A stretch of DNA of 40,232 bases from an uncultured Thermoprotei archaeon (lineage in GTDB: Archaea; Thermoproteota; Thermoprotei; Thermofilales; B15-G2), in contig CBDUKN010000022.1 of NCBI GenBank assembly GCA_965367815.1, forward strand, positions 1 to 40,232, read 5' to 3'. Position 1 is the first letter of the stretch. Each line of letters opens with the position of its first letter. Both the position numbers and the translations under genes were made by a program. The notes beneath the pieces are model-generated. The model worked only from the letters and a program-made list of their open reading frames with translations, had not been told where the DNA came from and searched no databases. Of the stretch, positions 15,170 through 24,519 are shown in pieces.

Positions 15170-17962
15170 ATGGGTGAGCGCTATGTTTTTAAAGAAAAGT
15201 CCTCCACTATTTTTGTGAAAAAAGTACTAGTGCCAGTATTTCTACTGGCAGTGAGCATAGCTGCAGTTTTCTTAGCTCCTGTTTCAGAGAAACTCGCCCT
15301 ATCTATTCTCTACATAGAGGATCCCCGTAAAGTGCTCACTTTGCAAAAATATTCTTGGAATCCTCTTGTTTCAGAAAGCTTTTCGAAAGTAGGAGTGAAT
15401 GTATATTTATCTGATTTGATTCTGTATGCTATTGAAGCTGTAGTCAGCGGAGTTAATGTCTACTACCTTACTTTAATTATTTTATCTTATTTGGTTTCTT
15501 TAGGTGCATATTTTGCTGTAAGCAAGTACTCTAAAGATGTAGTTTACGGTTTTATTGCTGGATGTCTTGCTGTAGCCTGGCTGCTGTATGCGGTAAGGCT
15601 TTTCTATAATATTCATGTGCTTATTCATTTGTCTTTATTTCTATTTACTGTAGGTTTTGCGTTAATTATATCTGGAAAAAAGAAGGTTTTTCTCTATTCT
15701 TTAATGGGATGTATTGTAGGCTTTGCTTTCGTATATGACAAGTGTACTGGTCTGCTTTACTTAGTGGCTTCTTCGTTGTCTTTGAGGAATATTAGAGAAT
15801 TGAAGTACTATCTATTTGTTATAGTACCTGTTGTTTTCGCGTTAATTTATAGAGAAAACTACTTGTTTGATCAAAGAACTTTATGTTATATGAGCCCAGG
15901 TTTTTCTTCTTTCCCTTACTTCAATTTACTTGTAGTTATTTTCGGCTTATTGATTATATATAAGAAGGCTTCACTAAGGGCTCCCGGATTGGTAGTTGTT
16001 GGAGGCTTTTCTCTTCTTTTGTATCTATTATACTTTAAGGAAATTTACTTATGGTATTTCTTCTGTATTTTAATCATAGTCTTTTCTACGTATTTAAGTA
16101 TTAGTGATGAAAATATATTTTCTAGATTTAAGCTACTGGTTATTATAGGTAAAAGAGTTTCTTCAATTAAATCATTTATATACATTAGGAGAAGTAAAGT
16201 TAGTTTTGTTAAAGTAATTGTAGCGTTTTTAGTAGTAATTATTTTCTTTGAGGTCTTTTCAGCTACCGGGAGTTTCCCCGGGAAATCTTTAGCTGCAATT
16301 AAAGGTAGGGGTCTTGAAGAAGTGTGTATATGGATTCCGCGAAGCGTATATAGTAGCTACTACTTAAATGCCGCTATTTTGCCTTATGCTCCTGCGCTAT
16401 CGCCGTCGCTTAGTGTTAATTCTATACGGTACAGTTACTTAGAAGGAGTTGTTTGGGAGAAAAGGTCTAGAAATCTCCCCTACTTGCTTTATGTGAGTGG
16501 AATTAAGTGGCTTACTACTGTTGGAGCGGAGTCAGCTTACTTTTCACAGTATTTAGCTGAAACAGGTTTACGTGAAGTAGCGTCTACTAAGAATATTAGT
16601 GTATATGAAAATATGCTAAATGTTTCTCGCGTAAGAGTTTCTCCTGAAGCTATTCTTGTCTTCGGAGATGTTAATTTCCTTGAGACTCTGAGCAATATTA
16701 TTAAGGAAAACAATATTACAGTTAAAAGCGCGCCTCCAGTGATTTTTGTTAAGTCTATTGAGGAGTACAAGATGTTTAATCATTCTCCTATAATATTTTA
16801 TAATCGTGACTATAGGTCGATGGCTCTGGAACTTTATTTAGAGAAATATAACTTAGTTAAAGAGTATAATGGTGTAGTTGCGGACAGAAAAGTACTTGTT
16901 TTGAGGAAGGGTGAGAAAAGAGATTTTCCATGCAATATACGTAAAGGAATTATTTACACTGTGTGGGTTAAAGCATTGTTTAATGCTAGTGGAGGAGCTC
17001 TAGTTGTCAAGATAGGCGATAAGACTTTAAGTCTTATTACAGAAAAAGAGCTCTTTAATCCAGTTTTCTTGTGGATTGAGCTAGGTAAAGTAGTGTCTGG
17101 CGAAGAAGCCAGTAGTGTAGAAATTGAGTGTACGGTAGGCACATGTGTTTTAGAGAAACTTATTGTAGTTCAGCTCGACACCTTTGATAGAGTATTAGAG
17201 CTTGTTAGACAAGATCTTAGTGGGAGAAACTTTGTTTACTTATATGACTTAGAGTTCTTTTTCACAAGTCTAGGGTTTAGGTCAGGTGTCGACGAGGAGT
17301 TCTACTGTAGAGCAGCGGTATGCTATCCGTTCAAAAGCTGTAGAGGAGAACTTTACTTCGACTTACCTGAAGAAGGAGTCTATACTCTTACAATAAGGGT
17401 GTCGCGAGTAGCAAGAGAAATATTCATTTCTTACGGTGTTTTCGACTCAACATATCTTGCATTCAATATACCTATTGGCTACGGCTACTCTAACTTAACT
17501 TATACTATTAAAGCGAAGACTGGGTCGCATATGCTCTTAGTGTATATTTCTAATATTCGTCCTCAGTGCATTTACTTCGACTACCTGTTAGTAGAGCCTC
17601 AAGGCTTTTCGTTCATAAAATTCCTCAAATCTATTTTCTCTAAGACTGCTGACTATAAGCTGGTGTCAAGTTCTCCTACGGAAATAGTTTTGAATCTGAA
17701 TAGAAGCGCCTACATTGTCTTGCATGAAGATTACTCGGAGAAATGGAAGCTAATACTACCTAATGGAACTTCTATTTCGCCAGTACTATGTGACACTGGA
17801 GTATGCTGCTTTAAGGCTTCAGCAGGAGACGTTAGAATAGTGTATGCAGAGGGTATGAGAGAGACTAAAGTGTATTTGAGGAATATCTTCTTCGCCGTTT
17901 TTCTTTTACTTTCTTTAGTAGTTGATGCGGTGGTAAGTTATGTCGGAAGAAAAAGAAGATAG
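15170..17962 (+). CDS. Large membrane protein, YfhO/GT-C-like
   Basis: Multi-TM N-terminus; C-terminal YIVLHEDYSEKWKL resembles the YfhO-type end domain; ATG at 15170 follows the upstream stop (track start 15128). Confidence 0.65.
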   Translation: MGERYVFKEKSSTIFVKKVLVPVFLLAVSIAAVFLAPVSEKLALSILYIEDPRKVLTLQKYSWNPLVSESFSKVGVNVYLSDLILYAIEAVVSGVNVYYLTLIILSYLVSLGAYFAVSKYSKDVVYGFIAGCLAVAWLLYAVRLFYNIHVLIHLSLFLFTVGFALIISGKKKVFLYSLMGCIVGFAFVYDKCTGLLYLVASSLSLRNIRELKYYLFVIVPVVFALIYRENYLFDQRTLCYMSPGFSSFPYFNLLVVIFGLLIIYKKASLRAPGLVVVGGFSLLLYLLYFKEIYLWYFFCILIIVFSTYLSISDENIFSRFKLLVIIGKRVSSIKSFIYIRRSKVSFVKVIVAFLVVIIFFEVFSATGSFPGKSLAAIKGRGLEEVCIWIPRSVYSSYYLNAAILPYAPALSPSLSVNSIRYSYLEGVVWEKRSRNLPYLLYVSGIKWLTTVGAESAYFSQYLAETGLREVASTKNISVYENMLNVSRVRVSPEAILVFGDVNFLETLSNIIKENNITVKSAPPVIFVKSIEEYKMFNHSPIIFYNRDYRSMALELYLEKYNLVKEYNGVVADRKVLVLRKGEKRDFPCNIRKGIIYTVWVKALFNASGGALVVKIGDKTLSLITEKELFNPVFLWIELGKVVSGEEASSVEIECTVGTCVLEKLIVVQLDTFDRVLELVRQDLSGRNFVYLYDLEFFFTSLGFRSGVDEEFYCRAAVCYPFKSCRGELYFDLPEEGVYTLTIRVSRVAREIFISYGVFDSTYLAFNIPIGYGYSNLTYTIKAKTGSHMLLVYISNIRPQCIYFDYLLVEPQGFSFIKFLKSIFSKTADYKLVSSSPTEIVLNLNRSAYIVLHEDYSEKWKLILPNGTSISPVLCDTGVCCFKASAGDVRIVYAEGMRETKVYLRNIFFAVFLLLSLVVDAVVSYVGRKRR

Positions 17963-18605
17963 AGTAAAAGAGCTTTTAATTAAGTCTGCTGATGAACTAA
18001 AAGCTGCTAAAATTCTCTCAGCAGTAGGGCTAGAAAAGTATTCTCTCATACACATTAAAAGATCGCTGAATTTTCTATTACAGTGTATAGCCGAACTATA
18101 CGGAGTACCTCCTTCAATAGACCTTTTAGAGAATTTAAATAGACTCAAAGAAATTATTGTTAGTAAATATTGCGAAGAATGGGTTAATGAGCTTTATTCA
18201 GAGCTTGATAAAGAAAGCATCGATGTGAATTTCTGGAATAAAAAACTACTGGATTTAATTAGTTTAATCGAGGAGAAAAAAGATGCTGCAGGAGTAGAAG
18301 AAGGCTTGACTTATCTGTGGAATGAGGGAATTGACCTCAAAGCAGTTTCAGCGCTTACTTTAATTCGAGAATCTGTAGTAGGATTACTTAGTGCGCTGAG
18401 AAAAGATCCTGTGAAAATACTTATTCTAGGAGCAGTTGTGACCTGTATAGCTGCTATTGTCAACGACTATGTTCTACATAGTCCTAGTGCACAGAAACTC
18501 TACAGCTATACACTATACTTAATTGCACTAGCTGTTTTAGGTAGAATAGCGCAGGCAGCTTTTGCTAAATTTAAAGAGAAGAAAGGTGCGCCGGCCGGGA
18601 TTTGA
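17940..18605 (+). CDS. Degenerate HEPN-like domain fused to two C-terminal TM helices
   Basis: ADELKAAKILSAVGLEKYSLIHI...GVPPSIDL resembles the HEPN N-terminal helices; hydrophobic C-terminus; stop lies inside the antisense of tRNA-Gly. Confidence 0.6.
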   Translation: MSEEKEDRVKELLIKSADELKAAKILSAVGLEKYSLIHIKRSLNFLLQCIAELYGVPPSIDLLENLNRLKEIIVSKYCEEWVNELYSELDKESIDVNFWNKKLLDLISLIEEKKDAAGVEEGLTYLWNEGIDLKAVSALTLIRESVVGLLSALRKDPVKILILGAVVTCIAAIVNDYVLHSPSAQKLYSYTLYLIALAVLGRIAQAAFAKFKEKKGAPAGI

Positions 18606-18680
18606 ACCCGGGTCACCGGCGTTCTTCGCGCCGAGAGGCACATGGAAGGCCGACGTCCTACCAGGCTAGACTACCGGCGC
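18587..18680 (-). tRNA. tRNA-Gly(TCC) with 21-nt intron at 37/38 (intron 18622-18642)
   Basis: Acceptor GCGCCGG/CCGGCGC-A, T-loop TTCAAAT, anticodon loop CT-TCC-A; strict BHB (CTTC:GAAG helix, bulges CAT and AAC). Confidence 0.95.
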
Positions 18681-18706
18681 AGTCTATCTAACGCGCGACC
18701 CATTAA

Positions 18707-19789
18707 TTAACTTTCCGTCTTTAATTCTAGTTGCCCTGAAAGAGGATTGTAGCGGATTTTAAGTATACTTAACGCCGTCTTACCTATAATGGCTTCATCT
18801 ACTTCGGAGGAAATTACTGCAGGAACTGTTCTCTCTAGCGAAAAGAGCTTTACTTTAACTTCAGTTTCGCCTAAAGCATCTAGCTTAATTTGTTTTGCTA
18901 GAATATATGGTAGAATTAAGAAGTCTTCGGATAAATCTACTCTGCACTTGACTTCAATTTTTGCTGAAGGGTCTTGGGGATTCGCTATTTCTAGTTCAAT
19001 GTACTTTGCTTCTGTGTCTTCTCTAGCGACTTCTATTTCTACTTCTAAGTCTTTTCTGCCGAAAATGATACAGGAGGCAGCTTTAAGGCAGAGTGACATT
19101 AAGGCAGCGATTAAGCCTAAACCGATATTCTCTACCCCGTAGGTCAGTATGTTTTGAGTTATTCCTACTCCAAGTAGTATTGCCGATATAGCTGCTGAAA
19201 CAAGTGAGCCAGCAACTATACTGTAGGCTGAAAGAAGACCTGCAATAAGCGGTGCTAGAGATGCTGATAGCAGGGGTATTTTTTCTCGAAGTAACAGTAT
19301 GTATGCGCCTAAGTACTCTACGTTAATGGTTGAGGAGAAAGTCCAGGGGAATACTAGGGCGAGAGCGTCTAAGACTATTGAGAGAAGAAGTAGGACAGAA
19401 TATAGTGGAATTTTGTATACTGCTATTGTTTTTTCTAAAGGAGTCTTGAATTCAACGGTAGAGAATGGAATTAGCTTCACTATTTTGCTGTATATTTTAA
19501 TTATTTTCTTTACTTCGCCTATATATGTTTTAAGGAAATCTTTATCTAATGTAGATACTCTAGACAATTCGAGCAGTTTTTTGAATTCTTTGCTGTATGG
19601 ATACTTGCTTTCAGATAGTTTTTTAAGTATTTCAGAGAGTGGTAAGTTCTTTAATCCTTCTTTTTCAGCTATGGCTGTCACAGAGTCTATTAACGCTGAA
19701 TTTATGTGCAGTACTGCTTGTTCACATAGCCCGGCGTTAACTAAGAGTTCGGCTGCTTTGAGTCTATCTTTGATATTTTCTCTAGGCAT
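18707..19789 (-). CDS. HEPN-like + multi-TM + retropepsin-like (degenerate aspartic protease) fusion protein
   Basis: N-term DRLKAAELLVNAGL..AVLHI; ~4 hydrophobic segments; C-term IEVKCRVDLSEDFLILP...AIIGKTALSILKIRYNP resembles clan AA proteases, with DTG replaced by DLS. Confidence 0.6.
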   Translation of the reverse strand: MPRENIKDRLKAAELLVNAGLCEQAVLHINSALIDSVTAIAEKEGLKNLPLSEILKKLSESKYPYSKEFKKLLELSRVSTLDKDFLKTYIGEVKKIIKIYSKIVKLIPFSTVEFKTPLEKTIAVYKIPLYSVLLLLSIVLDALALVFPWTFSSTINVEYLGAYILLLREKIPLLSASLAPLIAGLLSAYSIVAGSLVSAAISAILLGVGITQNILTYGVENIGLGLIAALMSLCLKAASCIIFGRKDLEVEIEVAREDTEAKYIELEIANPQDPSAKIEVKCRVDLSEDFLILPYILAKQIKLDALGETEVKVKLFSLERTVPAVISSEVDEAIIGKTALSILKIRYNPLSGQLELKTES

Positions 19790-19874
19790 TACTCTTCAAT
19801 TTACGTTTAAAACAATTTATTCTTTATGTCTCTTAAAGATGTTTAGATTATTGAAGTAAAATAAAGGCTATTTA

Positions 19875-20966
19875 CTACGGGTAAGGAGGGACTCTTATTT
19901 TCTCTGAATCTCTTTTAACTACTATTCCGCAGTCAATGTGTCTTAGCAGTATGGTGTTTTCAGGGAAAATATCTGGTCCCAGTTCGACTTCAGAGGGGTC
20001 GACGAGACCTAGTCCTAGCGCCGTATAGACATACGATAAGTTGTAGCGCCAGTCTAGCTTCAAGGCTTTTATAGCGATGTAGCTCCAAAGAGCTAGTGTA
20101 GTATGTGCCTTAATGTTTACTTCAGTTACTTTTATTTCTCCATCGGCGTTTTCCTTTAAGTCTATACAAAAGAATCCTGTAGCATTAGGGTCTATTGTTT
20201 TAACTGCTTCAATACAGACTTTGTTTACTTTTTCGTCTACAATTATTTTCGCTACAGTAGGTGTTCCAGTGATTCTTGATGGAGATAAGTGAGGGAAAAT
20301 ATAGCGTAGTCTTTCTCTAGTGAAAGAGGCTACGAGTTTTCCTTTGTACCATAAGCTGTCCCAAGCAATATCTCTTCCAGGCAAGTACTCCTGTACTATA
20401 AAGAAGTCTTCTTTTATTCCTTGCCTTAATTTCCATAAGTTGACCCATGTTTCAAGTTCCTTGAGAGAGGATACGGGCAGACTTAATTTTCCTCCTGCTC
20501 CTTTCCGTGCTCTTACCCAGAGTTTACCGTATTTTTTGAGCATTTCTTCTAACTCGCTTCTATTTGTCTCAGAAAGCAGTTTTGTGTCGGGAACAAGGTT
20601 CTTTTCTCTTAAAGTTAGGTATGTGAAATACTTGTCTCGGCCAATGCGGAAAGTTTCTTTAGGAGGTAGGAGAGTTTTACAGGGGATTTTCTCAATATTG
20701 TTGGCTATAGTTTCGGCGTCGACTTCAGGCTGTGGGTGGAGGAAATCTATTTTATGTTTCTTTATGACATCAAGTATGAATGGAATGTATTCTGGGCTAT
20801 CGTGTCTGGGCTGCCTGTAGACTACGTCGCAGAAGGGGAAGTCCAGGTAGTATTGTACGTAGTCTGAGCCTACTATGAAGAACTCTATTGGAGCTACTCG
20901 AAGAGCTCTAGTGAAGTTTACTCCACCTACACCGCCGGCTCCAGTAACAAAGATTCGGGGCCTCAT
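19875..20966 (-). CDS. ATP-grasp enzyme (carbamoyl-phosphate synthase-like ligase)
   Basis: VTGAGGVGG, RDKY, GAGG, QEYLPG, IDLK...TEVN. Confidence 0.85.
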   Translation of the reverse strand: MRPRIFVTGAGGVGGVNFTRALRVAPIEFFIVGSDYVQYYLDFPFCDVVYRQPRHDSPEYIPFILDVIKKHKIDFLHPQPEVDAETIANNIEKIPCKTLLPPKETFRIGRDKYFTYLTLREKNLVPDTKLLSETNRSELEEMLKKYGKLWVRARKGAGGKLSLPVSSLKELETWVNLWKLRQGIKEDFFIVQEYLPGRDIAWDSLWYKGKLVASFTRERLRYIFPHLSPSRITGTPTVAKIIVDEKVNKVCIEAVKTIDPNATGFFCIDLKENADGEIKVTEVNIKAHTTLALWSYIAIKALKLDWRYNLSYVYTALGLGLVDPSEVELGPDIFPENTILLRHIDCGIVVKRDSEKIRVPPYP

Positions 20967-21724
20967 TTTCTAGCCTCTTCTGCAACCTCAATACACTTTT
21001 TAACACTATATTCTTTTTCGTGTAGATACTCTAGGAGCTTAAAGTATAGTCTTCCTCCGCGCATGCGGAGAGCTTCTTGGTGGAAGAGCAATGTAAAGTA
21101 TTTTGCGTTGTCTTTCTCGGCCTGTGATAGCTTCCATAAGATGTACTTGAAGGCTTTTTCTTCGTTCTGTATCATGAGTCTGCCGAAAACGTCTGCGTCC
21201 ATTAATGCTACAGGGATTTCAACTATGTCTTTTAGCTTAACTGTATTGTATGTACCTAGTTCTTCTGCTCTCATGCTTGAGTCGTATATTAAGCCTAGTT
21301 TCGAGTAGTATTCGAGAAGCTTCTGGCTTGTAATCAAGTAGTGTGCCCTTACTCCCTTAATGTGTAAGCCTAGATAATTTAGGTACTCGAGGCCCATTTT
21401 AAGTAAACTAAATGTTTGGTTACTTGAGATCACTGGGTGGTAGCCTATTTCCCAGCCGTCTTTCTGTAGTGTCTTGAGCAAGTCGACAATATCGTCTAGG
21501 CTAAATAGCCCTACTGGAATAAAGATTGTGCTCCTATACCCTAGCTTTTCTTCAGCTTCAGCCATTAAAGTGAAGTTGTTGTAGAGATTTGTTACGCCAA
21601 TAGCATGTTTAACTATGTCTACTAGTCTGAACCGCTTTTTTCTAGCTAGTACATGTGATAGAGGTTTGTGTATGCTGTCTGAGTCATGTGTTAAGACTAT
21701 GGTAGGCTTCATAGCTGTGGGCAA
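20963..21724 (-). CDS. Polysaccharide deacetylase-like (CE4/NodB) protein
   Basis: LTHDSD, EIGYH, GVRAHYL, YDSS, LLFH. Confidence 0.85.
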   Translation of the reverse strand: MPTAMKPTIVLTHDSDSIHKPLSHVLARKKRFRLVDIVKHAIGVTNLYNNFTLMAEAEEKLGYRSTIFIPVGLFSLDDIVDLLKTLQKDGWEIGYHPVISSNQTFSLLKMGLEYLNYLGLHIKGVRAHYLITSQKLLEYYSKLGLIYDSSMRAEELGTYNTVKLKDIVEIPVALMDADVFGRLMIQNEEKAFKYILWKLSQAEKDNAKYFTLLFHQEALRMRGGRLYFKLLEYLHEKEYSVKKCIEVAEEARK

Positions 21725-21796
21725 TAGGGTTCAAGCGAATATAATGTTTTGTACAGAAGACTTTAATTCTCGTATTCTCTATGTACCTTGAGCTCT

Positions 21797-22795
21797 ATGA
21801 AAGCCATGGTTTTGGAGAAACAGGAGCCTATTGAAAATAAGCCTCTCAAGCTAAAGGATGTCCCTATACCGAGTATTGATGAAGGAAAAGTGCTGGTTAA
21901 AATAAAGGCTTGTGGCATATGTAGGACAGATCTACATATAGTTGAAGGAGATCTGCCTCCCGTAAAGCTCCCCTTGATTCCCGGACATCAGGCAGTAGGC
22001 GTAGTAGAAGAAGTAGGTGAGAAGGTATCTAGCTTGAAGAAAGGCGATAGAGTCGGTGTTGCTTGGCTCTACTGGACTTGCGGTGAATGTAAGTACTGCA
22101 AGAGAGGTCTCGAAAACTTATGTGAAAGAGCTCTGTTCACGGGATATAGTGTTGACGGAGGATACGCCGAATATATTGCTGTGCCTGAAAAATACGCGTT
22201 TAAGCTTCCTGGAGAATACTCTGATGTAGAGGTAGCTCCTCTTCTCTGCGGCGGAGTAATAGGCTATAGAGCACTCAAGTTAGCTGAAGTTCCTCCAGGC
22301 GGAAAACTCGGGCTTTTCGGCTTCGGGTCTTCAGCACACATAGTGCTTCAAATAGCCAAGTACTTGGGCTATGAAGTATATGTTTTCACGAGAAATCCTG
22401 CTAGACAGGAGCTAGCCTGGAAGCTTGGAGCAGTATGGGCTGGGCATCCCAAAGAAAGACCGCCTGTTAAACTTGATTCAGCAATAGTTTTTGCTCCAGC
22501 AGGATGGGTTGCTGTAGAAGCGCTGAAGACTTTAGATAAAGGAGGGAGACTTATTTTAGCTGAAATATACATGACTCCTATTGGGAAACTCGACTACAAT
22601 CTACTTTACTACGAGCGCACAGTAAGAAGTGTAGCGAACTTTACGCGAAAAGATGCTGAAGAGCTATTGGCTATAGCTCCTAAAGCTGAAGTGAAAACAT
22701 CAGTAGAAGTCTTTGACTTAGAGGAAGCTAATGAGGCTTTACTTAAGCTCAAAACTAAGGGTCTAAAAGCCTCCGGTGTTCTCAAAATACAGTAG
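21797..22795 (+). CDS. adh: Zinc-dependent alcohol dehydrogenase (MDR family)
   Basis: ACGICRTDLH, PGHQ, CGECKYCKRGLENLC, GLFGFGSS; ATG 21797 preferred to TTG 21788. Confidence 0.93.
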   Translation: MKAMVLEKQEPIENKPLKLKDVPIPSIDEGKVLVKIKACGICRTDLHIVEGDLPPVKLPLIPGHQAVGVVEEVGEKVSSLKKGDRVGVAWLYWTCGECKYCKRGLENLCERALFTGYSVDGGYAEYIAVPEKYAFKLPGEYSDVEVAPLLCGGVIGYRALKLAEVPPGGKLGLFGFGSSAHIVLQIAKYLGYEVYVFTRNPARQELAWKLGAVWAGHPKERPPVKLDSAIVFAPAGWVAVEALKTLDKGGRLILAEIYMTPIGKLDYNLLYYERTVRSVANFTRKDAEELLAIAPKAEVKTSVEVFDLEEANEALLKLKTKGLKASGVLKIQ

Positions 22796-22802
22796 CGAAC
22801 AG

Positions 22803-23606
22803 TTAGTCTTGCCGGGAATTTATGGAAGATTCAAGTGAAGCAACTACTTTTGAAGCTTTTTCGAGGTCTTTTATCGTGTTTACTGGAATCCAAACATCTT
22901 TGGGAATTATTAAAGCATAAAGCTGTTTCTTTTTAGCTAGAATAGGAAGTATAAGATTTTCTAAGTCTACTGCTTTTTCTGCATTCATGTCTACTGTCTC
23001 TACGACTAAGTCAAAGACTTCTGGTTCTATTGCATAGAGACCTGTTGACGTTAAGATCTTTATTACAGGCTTTTCTTTAAACGACAGTACTATATTGTTT
23101 TCGTCTACTTCGCCTACACCGTAGGGGTAATCTATTGCTGAAGCAAATACCGCTGTCGCCTTTATTCTACGCAACTTTACTCCTTCAAGGTGATGTAAAA
23201 GAAGTTTTAGCGGAAGCATTGGATCTAGGAAGATATCGTCCGGATAGGTGACTACCGCTCTCTGTTTTCTATCAACTATGCCTGTTTCGACAGCGTGTTT
23301 AAGGGCTTTTCCTCTCCCGACTTTAGGTAAAGGAGGATCTACTGAATACTTTACTTTAATTCCATATTTGCTTCCGTCTCCTACATATTCTTCTATTAGC
23401 TCGTGCTTATATCCCACAAGCAAAATAAAGTTCTTAAAGCCGCAGCTCTTAAAGTAGTTTAAACATATATCTATTAGAGGTTTTCCGTTTACTTCAAGAA
23501 GAGGTTTCGGTTTATTTATAAGTCCCATTCTCTTGCCGAGGCCTCCCGCAAAAACAAGTACTTGTGTTTCCTCTACTTCCCTGCGCAGCTCATCGAGTCT
23601 GTTCAC
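22803..23606 (-). CDS. NDP-sugar pyrophosphorylase-family nucleotidyltransferase
   Basis: FAGGLGKRMG..KPKPLLEVNGKP, FKEKP. Confidence 0.9.
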   Translation of the reverse strand: MNRLDELRREVEETQVLVFAGGLGKRMGLINKPKPLLEVNGKPLIDICLNYFKSCGFKNFILLVGYKHELIEEYVGDGSKYGIKVKYSVDPPLPKVGRGKALKHAVETGIVDRKQRAVVTYPDDIFLDPMLPLKLLLHHLEGVKLRRIKATAVFASAIDYPYGVGEVDENNIVLSFKEKPVIKILTSTGLYAIEPEVFDLVVETVDMNAEKAVDLENLILPILAKKKQLYALIIPKDVWIPVNTIKDLEKASKVVASLESSINSRQD

Positions 23607-23645
23607 AGGTAAATAGACCTATTTGTATTATTTAATTTTTGTTTA

Positions 23646-23762
23646 TTAACTAGGGATGACGGCTTTTGTTTTCTGAGTTTTTCTAACTACGAGCCACACT
23701 ACTAGAGTTTCAAAGGCTGCTACAAGAGTATATATCGCCATTAAGGCATACATTAGCTCCAT
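23646..23762 (-). CDS. Small single-TM protein (38 aa), below ORF-track cutoff
   Basis: MELMYALMAIYTLVAAFETLVVWLVVRKTQKTKAVIPS*; TTTAAATA box ~26 bp upstream. Confidence 0.5.
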   Translation of the reverse strand: MELMYALMAIYTLVAAFETLVVWLVVRKTQKTKAVIPS

Positions 23763-23898
23763 TCTACATTTAATAGAAAAGGCTCTGTATTTAAAAATTA
23801 CTTTTAACTCTCTGAGTGAAAACACTTGGAAAGCATGTTGCTATACATGTCGAAAAAATTAGCTTAAGCTTAATATAAATTGAGGAAATCTACATTAC

Positions 23899-24519
23899 GT
23901 GCAACTTAGGGGAGTCTTTATTGCATTTGAAGGAATAGATGGAGCGGGGCTTACAACGCAGGCTCTTCTACTAGAGAAGTATTTGCGTGAAAAAGGCTAC
24001 AGAGTAGTGTTGACTAAAGAGCCTACTGACGGACTTTTAGGCGGTATTATTAAGGCGGCTCTTAGAGGTGAGTGGAAAACAGATCCTGCTACACTCCAAC
24101 TTCTTTTTGCTGCAGATAGATCTCACCATGTTAGGCACTGTATTTTACCAGCGTTGAGTGAAGGAAAAATTGTTGTCTGTGACCGGTATGTGCTGTCTAG
24201 TCTCGCTTACGGGTCGGTAGACTTAGACTATGAATGGCTTTTAGAAATAAATAAGGTTTTTCCAGTGCCTGACATTACTTTTATACTGGACTTAGAGCCT
24301 AAAATTGCTTTAGAGAGAATAAGAGTGTCTCGTTTTAGCTACGAGTTGTTTGAAAACTCATTTAAGCTCAATGCTGTGCGAGAAAATTATTTGCGTTTAG
24401 CGAACAAATATGATAATTCAGTAATAATCGATGCCAGTAAGTCGATTGAAGAAGTACATAGTACTGTGTGTAGGTATGTTAAGAAAATACTTGCAGAGAA
24501 GAAATTGATTCAGAGCTAG
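23899..24519 (+). CDS. tmk: Thymidylate (dTMP) kinase
   Basis: FEGIDGAG.TTQ, TKEPT, LLFAADR, CDRY, PDITFILD. Confidence 0.93.
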   Translation: MQLRGVFIAFEGIDGAGLTTQALLLEKYLREKGYRVVLTKEPTDGLLGGIIKAALRGEWKTDPATLQLLFAADRSHHVRHCILPALSEGKIVVCDRYVLSSLAYGSVDLDYEWLLEINKVFPVPDITFILDLEPKIALERIRVSRFSYELFENSFKLNAVRENYLRLANKYDNSVIIDASKSIEEVHSTVCRYVKKILAEKKLIQS

